The notes under the pieces are model-generated. The model saw only the letters and a list, made by a program, of their open reading frames with translations. It did not search any database and was not told the origin of the DNA. The position numbers were made by a program, and so were the translations under genes. This document shows, piece by piece, positions 1 to 14,500 of a stretch of DNA of 64,000 nucleotides (positions are counted from its first letter, which is position 1; every line of letters starts with the position of its first letter). Origin of the DNA: Patellaria atrata CBS 101060 (taxonomy: Eukaryota); the NCBI GenBank assembly GCA_010093705.1, contig MU006098.1:417981-481980 (forward strand), in the 5' to 3' direction.

Positions 1-3000
1 AAATCGCGGGACATGAAGGCAACGCTGGAAGAGACCTTCTTGACCCTTTCTCCAAGAATGTTGATGTTTTCATCCGAAGGTCACAGGAAAACCCAGATCA
101 TCGATTGATATTGGTACAGAGTCTCTGGAAAAACTTCGAATCTGTTTTGAACCATTTATCTACCCAGATGCTTCATGCTATAGAAGCCGATAAAGCTCGA
201 CGTAGTATACTTCAAAACCTAGCATCTCTTGCACAGTCTGCCTCAAAGATCGAGGATGCTTTGAACTGGGCCGAATTATCTGTTCCAGAAAGGGTAGCGA
301 CCAAATCCGAAATAAGAACAGCTAGCGTTGCTGTTCGTAAAGCTACCGTAGGCTTGAAGTCCATGGAATCACCCACTAGAGGCTGCAATGTGGAAGCTCT
401 TGTGGTTACTGCTCAAGAATCGCTGGATTGTCGGTTGAGGGGAGATGCTGCAGATCTGGATGTCCTTCTCGGTGATATCAGTGATCTGAGAAGAGCCGCT
501 ACGAAGTTACTCATGTCGTGCGAACCTGACTCGAAACAAGATGCGGAAGGCTCCATAGAGTCACCTTGGGTCATAGGGGCTTTGTGCATTCACTCATGTG
601 TAAGATTCTTAGCTAGATATGTGGGGAAGAGACGTGATAACTCGGATACAAAAAAGGACACCGACAGGCATGCAGAGAAACTGGCTTTGGCCCGTAGACT
701 GGCCAAAGGTTTTATCGACTCTGCTATTGTCTGCTGTAAAAGCTTAATAGACACGCGGAACGTGAAATGGGAAGAGTTCGACGTTGTACTTCGCGATTGT
801 GAGACTATCATATCAGGAATTCATCAGGACTTCGAGGAAAACGCCATCTCAGAATGGCACAGTTCCGCTCAATACCCTCTTGTTCGGATCTCTAATACAT
901 ATTGGGCCTATTATCTACGTTATGATAAGAAAAACGAGCAATCGGAAAGGGTCAATCTTCTTAACGCGGTTCGACGGTCAGTCGACGTATTATCTGATAG
1001 TGGAACAGCGGAACAAGCGTCTGGATACCTGAGTATCAAGCTTGAGAGGCTTGGATTATTGTATGAAGCAGTTTCTCGCTTTAGTCGTGCACATGCTTCT
1101 TTATACAAAGCTATTCAAGTATCTATCAATTCTGGTTTCCTTCGCGGTATCGCAAAGTTGGCAGAAACAACCAGTCTAAGTGAGATAAGACAAAAGGACC
1201 GCAATGGGCTACTTCTCGACCGTATCATATTATCTTACCAGCGCATAACATTGAAATATGTACCAGAGACATCGGAGGAGGGTATTTTCTCGGGCTTCTT
1301 TGATAACCCAAGTTTGATACCTGATCAGCGTGGTCTCTTACTTGAGTGGCAGCTCGCTCTATTTGCTGAGTCTCAATCCATGTCTCGTAATGAAGACGTG
1401 CGCATATGGGATTCTATTGCGAATTTATCAGAGCTCTTAAAGGTCGTATATTCTTCTTCCGACTTCCCTCTCCGGCGACAAAGAGCAGCAATGATTATTT
1501 TACGCCTCACCCAGAAGCATAAGGACATGCCCGACCCGGGGTGGATTTCCTGGGCTGTCGAGTGTTCTAATAAGTATACGAGCTCTTTAGCCAATGATGC
1601 TGGGTTATCTATGTATCAAGGTGGTATTCGCGCATCGCTAGCTACTTGGATCACGTTTCGGGAGTACCCATCGTCAATTGATGTTCTTCAATCCTCTCTC
1701 CGCACATGGCAAGATATTTTAGACTCTTCAGATTCTTCTAAAGCCTTGAACAGCCAAATCGATGACTTTAACCAATGGATATCCCTGCTTAACCTGATTT
1801 CTGAGTATCTCGATGGTCAAGGTGAAGAGTATCTTCGGATTCCTGCATTAACGTTATTGTCGCGTGCCATGGAACTTCAGTCTCCCCAGGATCCCGGAAT
1901 GAGAGTTTCTTGCTACTCGAGTCTAGGGTTGTGCTTTCTACAACTAGGGTACTCTGGCAAATGCGGTCTCGTTCTGGCGAAAGCTCAATCATTACTAGAT
2001 ACAGTTAACGTGCCTGTAGAACCAAAACTACGGTTGTACATAGCTTACGCTCAATACTCCCTGTCTTTGGGATTATTCCAAGAATGGTATGTTATAGCTG
2101 ATGTTAAATGACCCATGCTAATATCTTCCAGCAAGGACACTCTGACTTCTGCGCAAGACATTGCTTTCAACGATCCAGAGCTTTTAGCTATGAATGGACC
2201 AACATCAACGTTATCAACCCGAATCAAACTGAATCGTCTCCTTGCAGATGCGTACTTTGCTAGTGCAATGTTGTGTCTTCGGGAGGGAAATTCCACTGAA
2301 GCATTAGGACTTGCAAAACAGAGTTTGAAACTGAATCAGCGGGCGTGGGTATCATTAGAAAATAAGGCTTGTGGGCGAAAGAAACAGTCTAAACAGGACA
2401 ACAACGAGTCCGATGTTGGGACTCTCACAGATGATATGAACCGCCTCACAGTAACAGCAAAGGAACAACAATTGGTAATGACAATGACCCACCAGTCACT
2501 CAAAGGTGCCATGTTCTGGTCACTCACACCTGCCTTGTTTCGAAGCTTAACTTACTTATCCCACATTCACATCCACCAAGGATCTTATTCCGAGGCGGTA
2601 TATTTCCTCGAGCATGCCCACAAAGTCGCTGATGCGGTACAATCTACTTCGAACCGACTAGAAGTGTACATTCTGATGGCCGACCTTTATATTCGGAGCG
2701 GGCGTGGGGACCAAGCAGCGGAGTGGTTAACTAAAGCAGAAATATTAAATCCAAACCTAGGCAATTTTAGATTGCTTGCATTGTACCATCGCACAAGAGC
2801 TTCCCTGCAGGGTTACCTGGAAGAGACTGAAGAACAAATCAAATCTTATGATATTGCGGATAAGCTAATTTGTAAGCTGGTATCGCCCGCTTTCAAGAAT
2901 ACACTGGAAAAGATGTCGTCCCCAGAAGATGATTTGGTACAGAAAATGGTTGGTCTTGATGTAACGAAACAGAAAGTTCCAACGAAAGGAGGTCGGTCAG

Positions 3001-5542
3001 CGAAGAGAGGTGGAAGGTCAACTGCGAAGTCAAGCAAGTCTCGAACTCGCAACATCGCAACCAACAAGGAAGAACAGCAACCCACAACAACAATGTCAGG
3101 TTGCGAGTGTCCTGCACTGTGGGATCTTCGAGGCGATATACTGCGTCGGAAAGCCTTAGTACTGCTACTCCGACAGGAAATACCCGACGCGACGGATCTA
3201 CTCCAAGAAGCGGAAGACCTACAAAATTGTGATGATTCAGTATTGTACCACAGCACTGTCACCTTCAGAAGCCTGCATCAACGAGCTCTAGCAGAAATGC
3301 TTAATGACATTACCTTCAATGGTCTCATCGAGTCTACCATATCCTTTCCTTCTCTTGCGGCGAATCGAAGGAGGTCTTCAGGTATTACAACCAAGTCGGA
3401 TCTGGATGGATCTATACAGCATAGAGTGGGTACGAAAAGCTCTCGAGCACGTACTAACACGATAGCACGGGCAGATTCTATGGAAACCTTTTCACAAATT
3501 CTACAAAAAGCTCAGGATACTGTCTATAATGTTCACTCACTAGCACTACGTTCCGGATCAGCCGCTATCGTAAAGAATATTTGCAATGCTCTCAGTCATA
3601 TTACTGTTCTCCTTTCCGCTGCTAACGCTACTCCATCCAAGTGTCATTTGCATCCCCTCTTTGCTGCTCTAATGACCGGTATGATTCCCCTAGCTCTACT
3701 TGACTCAATACGCTAACACAAATAGAACTGCCGAAGACAATAAACACGAGGATGGAGCATGGTGCCATTCAGGTCGATAAGCCTCATCTCCCTAGGGACG
3801 AGCTCATGAAATGGCCAAAACTCCCTGAGCCAATTTCTTCTAAGCATCCGTCCGTGAGCGACTTCCAGAGTGAGTACGTCGATATCATCCCAGAAACTTG
3901 GAGCGTAATATCTATGTCTTTGAATGAAAATCGTGATGAGTTGTATATCACCAGATACCAGGCGCATCAGAGTCCCTTCATCCTCCGATTACCGATGTCA
4001 CGACACAACTCCATCGACAAAGATGAGGACATCTTTGGATTTGATGAGGGCAAAAGGGAGCTTCTAGAGATTATTGGCCTCTCGGATTTTAGTCTGCGGG
4101 ATAAACGTGACTTGAGAGCGAAGGGCGCAAAAACAGCATGGTGGGAGGAACGTCAAGCTCTCGATTCAAGGATGGAGGATTTACTCCTCAATATCCAAAA
4201 CATCTGGCTAGGCGGGTTTCACGGAATCTTCTCGGAGCATAGGCGGCAGCCCGAATTATTGGGGCGCTTTCAAACTTCTTTCCAGAATATCTTAAACCGG
4301 CACCTACCCTCACGGCAAGGAGTGAAAAGGTCCAAACAAAGGTTTTCCTTCGACCCGCGGATTCTGGATCTCTTTATCGGCCTTGGTGACGCGACTGAGG
4401 AGTCCCTCGATCTCGACGAACCCCTGATAGATCTTTTATATTTCGTAGTGGACGTCCTTCAGTTTAATGGTGAGCGCAACGCCTACGATGAAATCGACTT
4501 CGATGCTGTAAGTTCCCTTAACGTCAAGCTAGTTACCTTATTCCGACTCTAGCGAATTACTAACATACATGGACAGCTCACCATCGAAACCCTTGATCTT
4601 CTCCGTACCTATCACTCATCCGCCGCTCATGAAATTCCCGACCCGGTACCGCACCATACCATACTCATACTTGACCCTGAACTCCATGCCTTCCCCTGGG
4701 AATCTCTCCCTGCACTCTCCTCTCTCTCTATCTCCCGCCTTCCCTCACTTGCTGCATTACGCACCCGCATTCTTGCCGCGGGACATACGTATCCCAGCTC
4801 TCTTGGGCCAGACGTCGAAGGCCACTACATCAACCTAGGTGTGGGTGGAACCGCTATTCTGAATCCCGGCGGCGATTTACCGGATACGCAAGCCGTTTTG
4901 GAGCAACCGCTAGCGACATTGCCACAGTCTTGGGAAGTAATAGTAGGAAGAGAACCGAAAGAAAAGGAGATGGAAGAAGCGATAAGGGATAAACAGTGCT
5001 TGTTATATTTTGGACATGGTAGTGGAGCACAATATATTCGATCGAGGACGATAAAGCGGCTCTACTCGCCCTCTTCCCTTGAGGAAAGGGCGGCGAGAGC
5101 TCCCGCAACGACCCTTCTCCTTGGTTGCTCATCAGCGAAAATAGTTACGAATGGCGAGTTCAACCCGACGGGGATATTACTGTCTTATCTGACAGCAGGC
5201 GCTCCGGCGGTGATGGGAGCGCTGTGGGATGTTAGCGATCGTGACATCGACCGATTTTCTGTGGGAGTTGGGGAGAGTTGGGGGCTCTGGGAAAAAGGTG
5301 TTGCAGAGCCTGTAAAAGCTAAAAGTTCGAAACCCAGAGGTAGGGTTAAGAAATGTGAGAGAAAGGACAAAGAGAAAGCAAGAGAAAATGGGAAGGAAGA
5401 TGATGAAATTAGTGAGGAACTAGATGGGGACGGTAAAGTCAGTTTGTCGGAAGCTGTGAGAAGGAGTCGAAGAAGATGTTTCCTAAAGTACCTGAATGGG
5501 GCGGCGCCGGTGGTGTATGGGATTCCGGTGTTTCTGAGGTAA
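1..5542 (+). CDS. ESP1: Separase (peptidase C50), 5'-truncated by window edge; exons <1-2086, 2132-3678, 3726-4507, 4577-5542
   Basis: Frame is open from position 3. Three GT-AG introns (2087-2131, 3679-3725, 4508-4576) join the ORF-track pieces in frame. The C-terminus has separase motifs ILDPELHAFPWESLP, ILNPGGDL, YFGHGSG (catalytic His), LLLGCSS (catalytic Cys), GALWDVSDRDIDRF and YLNGAAPVVYGIP. Confidence 0.95.
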
Positions 5543-6272
5543 GTTATCCGGGTGTAACGGTTTCATGAGCAAGCATGTCATAATTGCCTGTACTAAAATA
5601 TACGTTACTAGCTATGGGAATTAAATGTCTAAATAGCTAGCTAGTATTGAGTAGTAGTACATAGTCCAGTAGTGTGATGGAGTACTTTCATCCCCTTACC
5701 AAAGAAAACTTGTTTGAATAATTTGCGCTTGTTCTAAGATATTGAAGGACGAAGAATATCTCAGCAAACGTATGGAGACCAAGTTATACCAACGATGACT
5801 AAGAACATAATGATATTCCTCACTAACTGTACTCGTACAGCTAACAAATTGCTAATAGTTAGAAGTACAAGAAGGGGTGGTGGTTAATTTATCGTACCTT
5901 TGCCAAGAGCGGAACGCGGCGGAGGCGGAAGTTATGGTGGGTGGAGCCTGAGGTGGCCCGCGGTAGAAGATGCGAGACAGAATCACTACCTGACCCTTCA
6001 AGCAGTATTTTACCTACTCTGCAATTCGGCATGTCCAAACATCTAGCGACGGACTCTGGACTACATCTGATTTGCCAGTTTGTCCATCGCTTCTCGCTGC
6101 AAAACTCACCACCGCATCACCTTCATTGTCCGCCGGATTGAACCACGTAAACCATCATCTACCGACGTCACCTCGAACAACCTCACTGTTTAAAAAGGGA
6201 ACTTGAACCTCTATTTATACTATCATCTCATATAGAGTAGTGTCGCACAAAAACATCAGGGAACTATAAGGC

Positions 6273-9200
6273 ATGAAGTACACGCTACTCGATCGGCTAC
6301 TTAGACGAGAACTGGGTGGCACGTCCAGGTACTCCCACGTTTGTGGCGTATACGGAGATAGAAACTTGATCGATGATTTGGATATTGTGAATGAGCTGAA
6401 AGGGCATACAGGTTGCGTAAATGCATTATGGTATTTATACCTCAAGGTCTCTACCATCTTTTACTTACAACTTTTCATAGCTGGTCCAAATCAGGACGAT
6501 TACTAGCGTCAGGCTCTGATGACCAGAACGTCAATATCCACTCTTATCTTCCAGAATCAAGCACATCACAATTCCAATTGACTACTCAAATTTCAACTGG
6601 CCATGGAGCAAACGTTTTCTCCGTCAAGTTCATGCCATACTCGAACGATCAGACTATTGTTACTGCGGCGGGAGACGGCGAAGTCAGAATCTTCGATTTA
6701 GAATACTCAGGGAGATCCTCCACAAGTAGACAGAATGCTTCGGGTTCTTCAAGACGTGGAAGAGCTTTGAACAATGTGTACAATAGTGTGCAGTACCTGA
6801 CAGAAGGAGACACCAATGCCAAAGTTTTCCGGTCCCACGGCGACAGAGTCAAGAGGATTGTGACGGAATCTTCACCGTACCATTTCTTAACATGTTCAGA
6901 AGACGGTGAGGTTAGACAGTGGGATACCCGACTACCGTCGTCTGCATACCCTAGACCAGGATCAAGGTCCGACTACAGCGTTCCTCCTCCTTTGATATCT
7001 TATAAGAGGTATAGGCTCGATCTCAACACAATTTCCTGCTCTCCAAGCCAACCACATTACATTGCACTCGGAGGAGCACACCTCCACTGTTTCCTTCACG
7101 ATCGTCGCATGCTTGGTAGGGACCGATCGCTTGAAGCCGGACTGCCCACCTCGTATCCTCGGTCTGATTTAAGCGTTGATGATGAGTCGATGGCACAAGC
7201 GACGCAATGCGTCCGTAGGTTTGCTCCGAATGGTGTCCAACGGATGAAGCCAGGGGAACACGGGCATATCACCGCTTGTAAAATTAGCGATTACAACCCA
7301 AACGAATTGATAGTGAGCTGGTCTGGTGACTGGATTTATAGCTTTGATATCCTACGCAGTCCAGATGCTCGCGAGTCTAGAAAAGACAGAACCAAGGCTA
7401 ACGGCGAGGAAACGAAGATTACTCAACTCAAACAATCGAGGCTACGGAAGAGGAAGAGAGATAGGATTCCATCTAGAGAAAGCCTTGAGAGAGCTGGATC
7501 CAGACCTCGAACGGAAAGTATCCCTTCAGCTGACGCAGACGAGGATATATCTTTGATGATACAATACGGAAATGGACAGAGTGAGGAAATTCCTATTGGA
7601 CTACCACGCTCTAGGAGTAGCTCAAACGCCGTCAGTCAAATTGTTATGTCTCAGAGACAAGTGGAAAGTATGAGGATAGCAAAGACTTCTGTGAAGATTC
7701 GACAGCGGATGTTTGCTCTAGAAGCGCGAGGGCCGGTTTCTGCCTCTGATCCGACCGGTTATGGGTCGAATTTTACAGGAGCTCTTGGGTTTTGCGCCTC
7801 AATTCTTCCAGATATGGATGAAATCCATAGGACATGGCCTTATCCTATCAACCCTGAGCCCCTTGATGTCGCCGTCCATAAGAAGCTTCGTATACAACGT
7901 GAATCAAGCAGGCGCTTCGTCCAGGCTGCGGGAACCCTGGCAAGAGCACTTGGTGGGAAGTTAAGAACCGGAGGAAATAGCCAGTCTATCATCTCCGAAT
8001 ATTTTACCCAGATCGTACCAGCACCTAATGAAGGGCTATCGATTCCAAAACATGAACAGTTCGGTTATGACTTCATCAAAGCGATACTACTATGGGTAGA
8101 CAGTGGAGTAGGTTCTATGCTTGAAGGCTTCTCTCGTCCATCCCACATTCCCCTAAGACACCCACGATTTCCTGTCCCAGCAGATGCAAGCTTAGAAGCA
8201 ATTGAGGATTTTCTTATTCCCTATCTTCTCGAACTTGCTACCGACCGTCCGGTGCCTAGAATTGACACATCTCGCTTTGAAGTCGATGAAAACCATGTCC
8301 TTTTTCAAACCGAGAAAGATGCGGTCTTAACCTTCGCTTCTGCAATCAGATTACCGTTCGAAGACCTTTCAGCTCCGCCGGCAGCTGCGCATGATTTACC
8401 TGCATATAGTGAACGTGGCGAAACACACTCAGAGCACAGCATCACAACTCTAAATAGACTCACTACCTTGAAGTTTTGGGGGCTTGAGGTGGCCAGAGGA
8501 CTTCTAATGACTGCAGGAGAAGGCGTCAACTTCTCCTTCATGGATAGCGCTTTTGGTGGGTTAGGCCATGCAGATGAAGCTACACAAGAGATTGAAGATA
8601 GCATAACTTTTACCACGCAAAGGGTAGATCCGGTGGAAGAACCTCAAGTACAGGAAATATCATTTGTTAGGCGACCGCGACGCAATAGTAACGAGATACC
8701 AGTCGCCGAGTCGTCCAACAGCGCAACTCGAGCGTCACCTACATCTGCCCCGCGGCAACCCACTGTAGAGGATGCTGACGAAGATGAAAATGTTTCCTCA
8801 CTGCCACCACCGGGAACTGCATCAACACACGACCCTTTACTCTCAACAGGAGAAGAAAGAGTCGATATTGAGACTGGAGATCCAAATACTAATGAAGCTG
8901 AAGCTGAAGCTGAGGACGATAGTAATGGTAACGAAAATGACAATGACGATGACGACGAGGATGGAGACTATGATTTCTGGTCTCAATCTGAACATGGCAC
9001 TTGGGAGAGTACTCGGGAAGACATTATTGAACGGCAAACACTTCGTTCTATGGTTGACATTGATAAACCATGCGATTCTCACACGAGGGTCTATCGAGGC
9101 CACTGCAATGCGAAAACAGTCAAAGACGTGAATTTTTTCGGCTTGCAAGATGAATACGTAGTCAGCGGGAGCGATTCGGGTCACTTGTTCATTTGGGACA

Positions 9201-9813
9201 AGAAGACCAGCCAAATCGTCAATATCCTGGAAGGAGATGGTGAGGTCGTCAATGTTGTTCAAGGTAAGCACCTGTTTCGAGAGATGTCATTGCAGTTAAC
9301 TAAAGTTCTCTAGGTCATCCTTATGAACCACTCATTGCAGTTTCGGGCATCGATCACACCATAAAGATATTCTCCCCAGATGCCCGTGCGCGCCGCGACG
9401 CTCGCCATGGCATCATCAAATCCGTCGACCCGTCCAATTTTTCGTCACTTGGTACAGGCCGCACTCGCGGTTCAAGCCTACTCCTTAACCGCCGACCTAG
9501 TACCGCCGTCCGCGCTACGGCATCAAACAGTTCCAGGTCAGAGCGTCAGACCAATGCTCTCGATTCCGACCAAGACTCTGATTACGAAAGCAGCGAGGAG
9601 GAGATCAAACCTGGAGGTCTGGAGAGTAGAAAACGTCTCCATCAGGAGTATGAGATAACGAGTCGGAATGATGTCGAGAGGAGAACTGGGGGAGGTGATG
9701 CGTATATAACGAGGAGCATGCTTGCTCAGTTAGCGCAGCATATACAGGCGAGAACGGGGAACCAAGAGGGAGCGCAGATAGTGCTGGAACAGCAGGATTG
9801 TTCAGTCATGTAG
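6273..9813 (+). CDS. WD40-repeat protein, DCAF8/DCAF6/WDTC1 (iqw1-like) family, candidate CUL4-DDB1 substrate receptor; exons 6273-6430, 6481-9263, 9314-9813
   Basis: Motifs ELKGHTGCVNALCWS, LASGSDD, TGHGANVFSVKF, YRGHCNAKTVKDVNFFG, VVSGSDSGHLFIWD and QGHPYEPLIAVSGIDHTIKIFSP. Introns at 6431-6480 and 9264-9313. The last exon ends ...QQDCSVM-TAG. Confidence 0.88.
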
Positions 9814-11447
9814 ACTAGATTTCGGGTTCGATCGGTCGGTGGGTTTACGTGACGTTGGCATCTATCATTTACGGGAACAAAAGGTAGGACATGCATGATG
9901 ATGGGATGGGATAGGAAAATGTCAAATTGTTAGGATTAGCACATGATTTATGATTTTAACAATAATCATCAGAGGCACGGCATAGAAGGTTAGCACCCAA
10001 GGGGCATATAGCTATGGACGGTGCAGAAATCCGGCTGGGATGGTAAGGCAGGAGATATGGTAGTTGTGTCTGCCTTATAGAATACTGCGTCTATTTTCTT
10101 CTCAATGTACTGTAAAGCTTCTCTAGGCTATGAACTCAAACTATCGGATTGAAATAATGACAGACGCCTAATATCTACAGCTATGAGGCCAATCTGAAAG
10201 GGCATACCTTACGGTAGAAGGGCACGAAGGGGTACCTTAGAACGGTAGCAGCCCAGGTATCAGAGACGAAGTTCCTCGGTTACCCAATTCTGACCAATCA
10301 GAGATGGAAGACCAGATGCACCGAACTGGAGTTTATCCTTGCTTTTGACTTCTTGTCCACATCTTGATGTAATTTTTAGACAAATATCAAAAGATTTATT
10401 GAAGAATACTTTGAACGGATATTCAGGAAGTTATACTCTAACAGGAATACATGAGGTGGATTCATAGACCGTGCTGATAAAACAATGGTTCCCGTTCATG
10501 GATGAACAGTAGCAGATTTTCTATAAAAGAGAGGTAGTTGATGGATTTGACTGAAATATGTTAGAACTTCACTTGATGGGGACATGAAAAGGGGCCAAGT
10601 TGATGGAAACTCGGCTTCGTTGCTGTTTGTCCCAAACGCGAGGATCAGGCAAACAAAAGCGCAAGGCACAAGGCACAAGGCACGTGCTTTCCCGGACGGC
10701 GATGACGACGGACCCAGATCGCCATTAAGCTTTTTTAAGCCGCAACGCGTTCCTGCATGTACGATCGCCGGGCAGCCAGGTCGAGTGAATCTGTGGGACA
10801 GAGGTATTTTTGAGAGCTCGAGGAAGCGGGTCAGAGGAACGGTTTGGGAAGCTTCAAAAAGTGCTACATAGATCAGAAAAGCGTGCGCGACCATGGATTC
10901 GTAGTTTACAAAAAGTCAAAGGAGCGCTGATTGTTGATATTTGAAGCACCTTCGTTGCCGACTTCGAATGCGTTTTGTCGATAATGAGGGGTGAAGGGGG
11001 AAAAAGCTCAAATGTCAAAATGCATACAGTAGCCATAGGGCTGCTTAGCGTTCCCGTTTAGCTAGCGCGAAATGACTAAGCGAGACGCCTACGCGAAAAG
11101 GCAGAAACTTGGAGAGTCAACCCCAACCACACTCAGCACCTACCAACATCCACCCTTCATCCACATGTACTATTCCTTCATACCAATCTCTCGGGAGTAA
11201 ATTTGGATTCCCTTTGAATACATTCTATTCTATTGACACCTTGCTATTAACCGCTACTCTTTTCCTTATCACCCGCCACCTTCTCATCGTTGCATGCAAC
11301 GCGCCGGATTCACCTGCGCCCGACAGCTGTCTACCTCGACTACATCATTGCGACATTTCGCCAAACCCGACGACAGCAATTCAAAGCAATTACCGCGATT
11401 GCACATATTTAATTCAAACTCTATTTGGTCTTGCGAGTCTCGGCTCG

Positions 11448-11530
11448 GTACGTACCTTGCACATCGCACCGCGCAACGGCTCAAGTGACTTCGCTCCGTC
11501 TGATCATGCTAACATATGCTTGCCTCCCAG
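11448..11530 (+). other. Probable 5'-UTR intron of the Yta7 gene
   Basis: GTACGT donor at 11448, GCTAAC branch at about 11508, CCCAG acceptor ending at 11530, 29 nt before the ATG at 11560. Confidence 0.55.
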
Positions 11531-11559
11531 CTTGACCATCCTCTTTCATTCATTCTCCC

Positions 11560-14500
11560 ATGTCAAGTCGCACGAAACGCAGACTTCAAGACTTCGACCC
11601 GACCGCCTCCGACCCTGAAGATCTTGACTACGGCGCTGAAGAACCTACACGACCACAACGTCGGTCTAAGAAGAAGCCAAAGGGCGCTCGCAAGCCACCC
11701 CTAAAGAAGGTTCGAAGAGGTTATGCCGATACTGATGACGACGAAGACGACTCCGAAATAAGCCAAGAGTCATACGTCTCAAGCATCGAGACTGAAGAAG
11801 ACACCGAGGTCAATCCACGCACCGGCCGAAAAGTCAGAAACGCTGCGAAGAAACCGGTCAAATACGAAGAGAGTGACGAGGAAGAGGGATTCCTCGCAGA
11901 GATCGCGTCCGATAGAGACGAGATTCAACCGACTCCGCGCAAACGAGGAGGCAAACAACAGTCTTTGATCGTGAAACTGAAGGTGCCTTCTATGGTTCGC
12001 AATCTACGCTCCCGGAGTGGTAGTAAGACCGTCCAGAGAGGCAAGACACCTGAAGTGACTGGCACAAGAAGGAGCAGTCGATTATCCCATGATGAGACTT
12101 CGCCAATCGTGGAGCTTAGCAACTCTGGTAGACATGAAGTCGTCATTCGGCAAGGGACGCAAACCCCGGAGCCTCCCACTCGACGTCAGCGTGGCGGCAA
12201 AGGCCTCAAGAGTGTACCCAGAGTGCCTAGCATGATCTTTGAAGCCACCGAAGAACAGTCTGGAGAATCGGCTCAGAACATCGTGGATGAGCTTCAGGAA
12301 GCAGCAGGCATGGAAGTGAGCGGGGCTGAAGAGCATGCTAGCGAAGGTGGCTCACCTGCTGCATCCGATACACAAGCGGATGCTGAGCACGAAGAAATCA
12401 AGATGATTGAAGAAGCCGTTGCAGAGTCTATCCAGGGTGATAACGAAGAAGATGAAGAAGGTCCCATCATCAGTAGGCGCAATTTGCGATCTCGTGGATC
12501 GATGTCTGTCGCTAGGTCATCTCAACGTCGCAAAGCAGTGGAAGAAAGTAGTGATTTCGAGCCAGCTGCCGAAGAAGAAGCCGCGGATGAGAACATCTCT
12601 GAGTCAGACGTAGCCCCTACGTCACGCAAGAAGCGTCCTCGTAATGGCTCCGGTTCTAGCAGCGGAGCTAGAAAGTCACGTCGCCTAACAGGCAAGTCAA
12701 GAACTTCTCGAAGCCGCAACAGTCCTGCTTCTGAGCATGACAGCGAGCTCGATCATGAAGAACTTGCAGAAGAAGCCGAGGAACTCGCGGAGCTCAATGC
12801 TAAAAACAGGCGTAGTAGACGCACCAGACGCAACAGCATCGTCTATGATGATCAACCCAAACTCCGAAACCGCAGTACTAAACCAGATTATCGCATTTTC
12901 CGACCTGAACTGGCACTTACCAACGACGATGACGAAGCTTTGCAGGCCGCGACTCCCTCCCGCAATAGGCGAGGAGGTGCCAGTGTTTATCGTAGTCTCT
13001 TCTCCATCCAAGGACCTTTCGGAGGCGCTGGAGGACCTCCACCGTTATTCGGAGGAGCCCAAGGTGCTGCAGCTGCTGGTGGCGTCGATTCAGATAGTAG
13101 TGATGACGACATGGCTTCTCGTGCTCCTCGTGGACTTACAGGCGGCGTTGGCATGACACCTACGACAGCCGGTGCTACAGGTCTATATGCTCAGGCACAC
13201 AATGCTGATCCACTGCAAACCGGGTCTGGGGGAGGCCCGGCAAACTTTGGCAAGATCACCAAGGATAAGAAGGCTCTTGCTGACGTTGATCCACTTGGTG
13301 TTGAGCAAAGCGTCAACTTTGAAGCCGTCGGTGGCCTAGATGATCACATAAACCGTCTAAAGGAAATGGTAGCCCTCCCATTGCTTTATCCTGAAGTCTT
13401 TCAACAACTCAATGTTACTCCTCCTCGTGGTGTTCTATTTCACGGCCCTCCTGGAACAGGTAAAACTTTACTTGCTCGTGCATTAGCCTCCAGTGTCTCA
13501 TCACAGGGCAGGAAAGTCACATTTTACATGCGCAAGGGTGCAGATGCTCTCAGCAAATGGGTTGGTGAGGCTGAACGACAACTCAGGCTTCTCTTTGAAG
13601 AAGCGAGAAAGAATCAGCCTAGCATCATATTCTTTGATGAGATCGATGGCTTAGCTCCAGTTCGTTCCAGCAAGCAGGAGCAAATTCATGCTTCGATTGT
13701 TGCTACGCTTCTTGCGCTCATGGATGGCATGGATGGGCGTGGTCAAGTTATCGTTATTGGTGCCACTAATCGTCCTGACTCTGTGGATCCAGCGCTGCGA
13801 CGACCAGGCCGGTTTGATCGAGAATTTTACTTTCCTCTTCCTACTCTTCAAGCAAGGCGTGCAATCATTGACATTCATACGAAAGGATGGAATCCGCCAC
13901 TCAAGGCCGGATTCAAAGACCAGTTGGCGGAACTTACTAAGGGCTACGGCGGCGCTGATCTTCGTGCTTTGTGCACTGAAGCCGCACTCAACGCTGTTCA
14001 AGGCACCTATCCGGAAATCTACAAATCTAATCAGAAGCTCATCATTGACCCGACCACAATTAAGGTTCAACCAAAGGACTTTATGATATCAATCAACAAG
14101 ATGATTCCATCCTCCGAACGATCCGGCTCTTCCTCTGCATCAGCATTGCCGAAGGATATCGAACCACTACTCCGCCATAATTTAAAAGCGATTTGCCAGC
14201 ATATCGACGAGATTTTGCCGCAAAAGAAGAAGCTCACTGCTCTTGAAGAAGCACAGTATGATGATAGAGAAGATGAACATGGCCTCGAGCGTGAGACGAT
14301 GAATCGCGAATTTGATCGAGCTAGGATCTTTAGACCTAGACTTTTGCTCGCAGGTCCTCATGGCATGGGCCAACAATACCTTGGTGCTGCGATTTTGCAC
14401 AAATTTGAAACTTTACATGTACAGTCCTTTGACCTACCAGCTCTTCTCGAAGATTCATCTAGGGTAAGCAATACGATATACTAAGAGAAATATGTAAGCT

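Noticed and set aside
10496..11618. Short ORFs between the WD40 gene and YTA7
   Set aside because: No recognisable motifs, mutually overlapping frames, and the longest overlaps the YTA7 5'-UTR and its intron.
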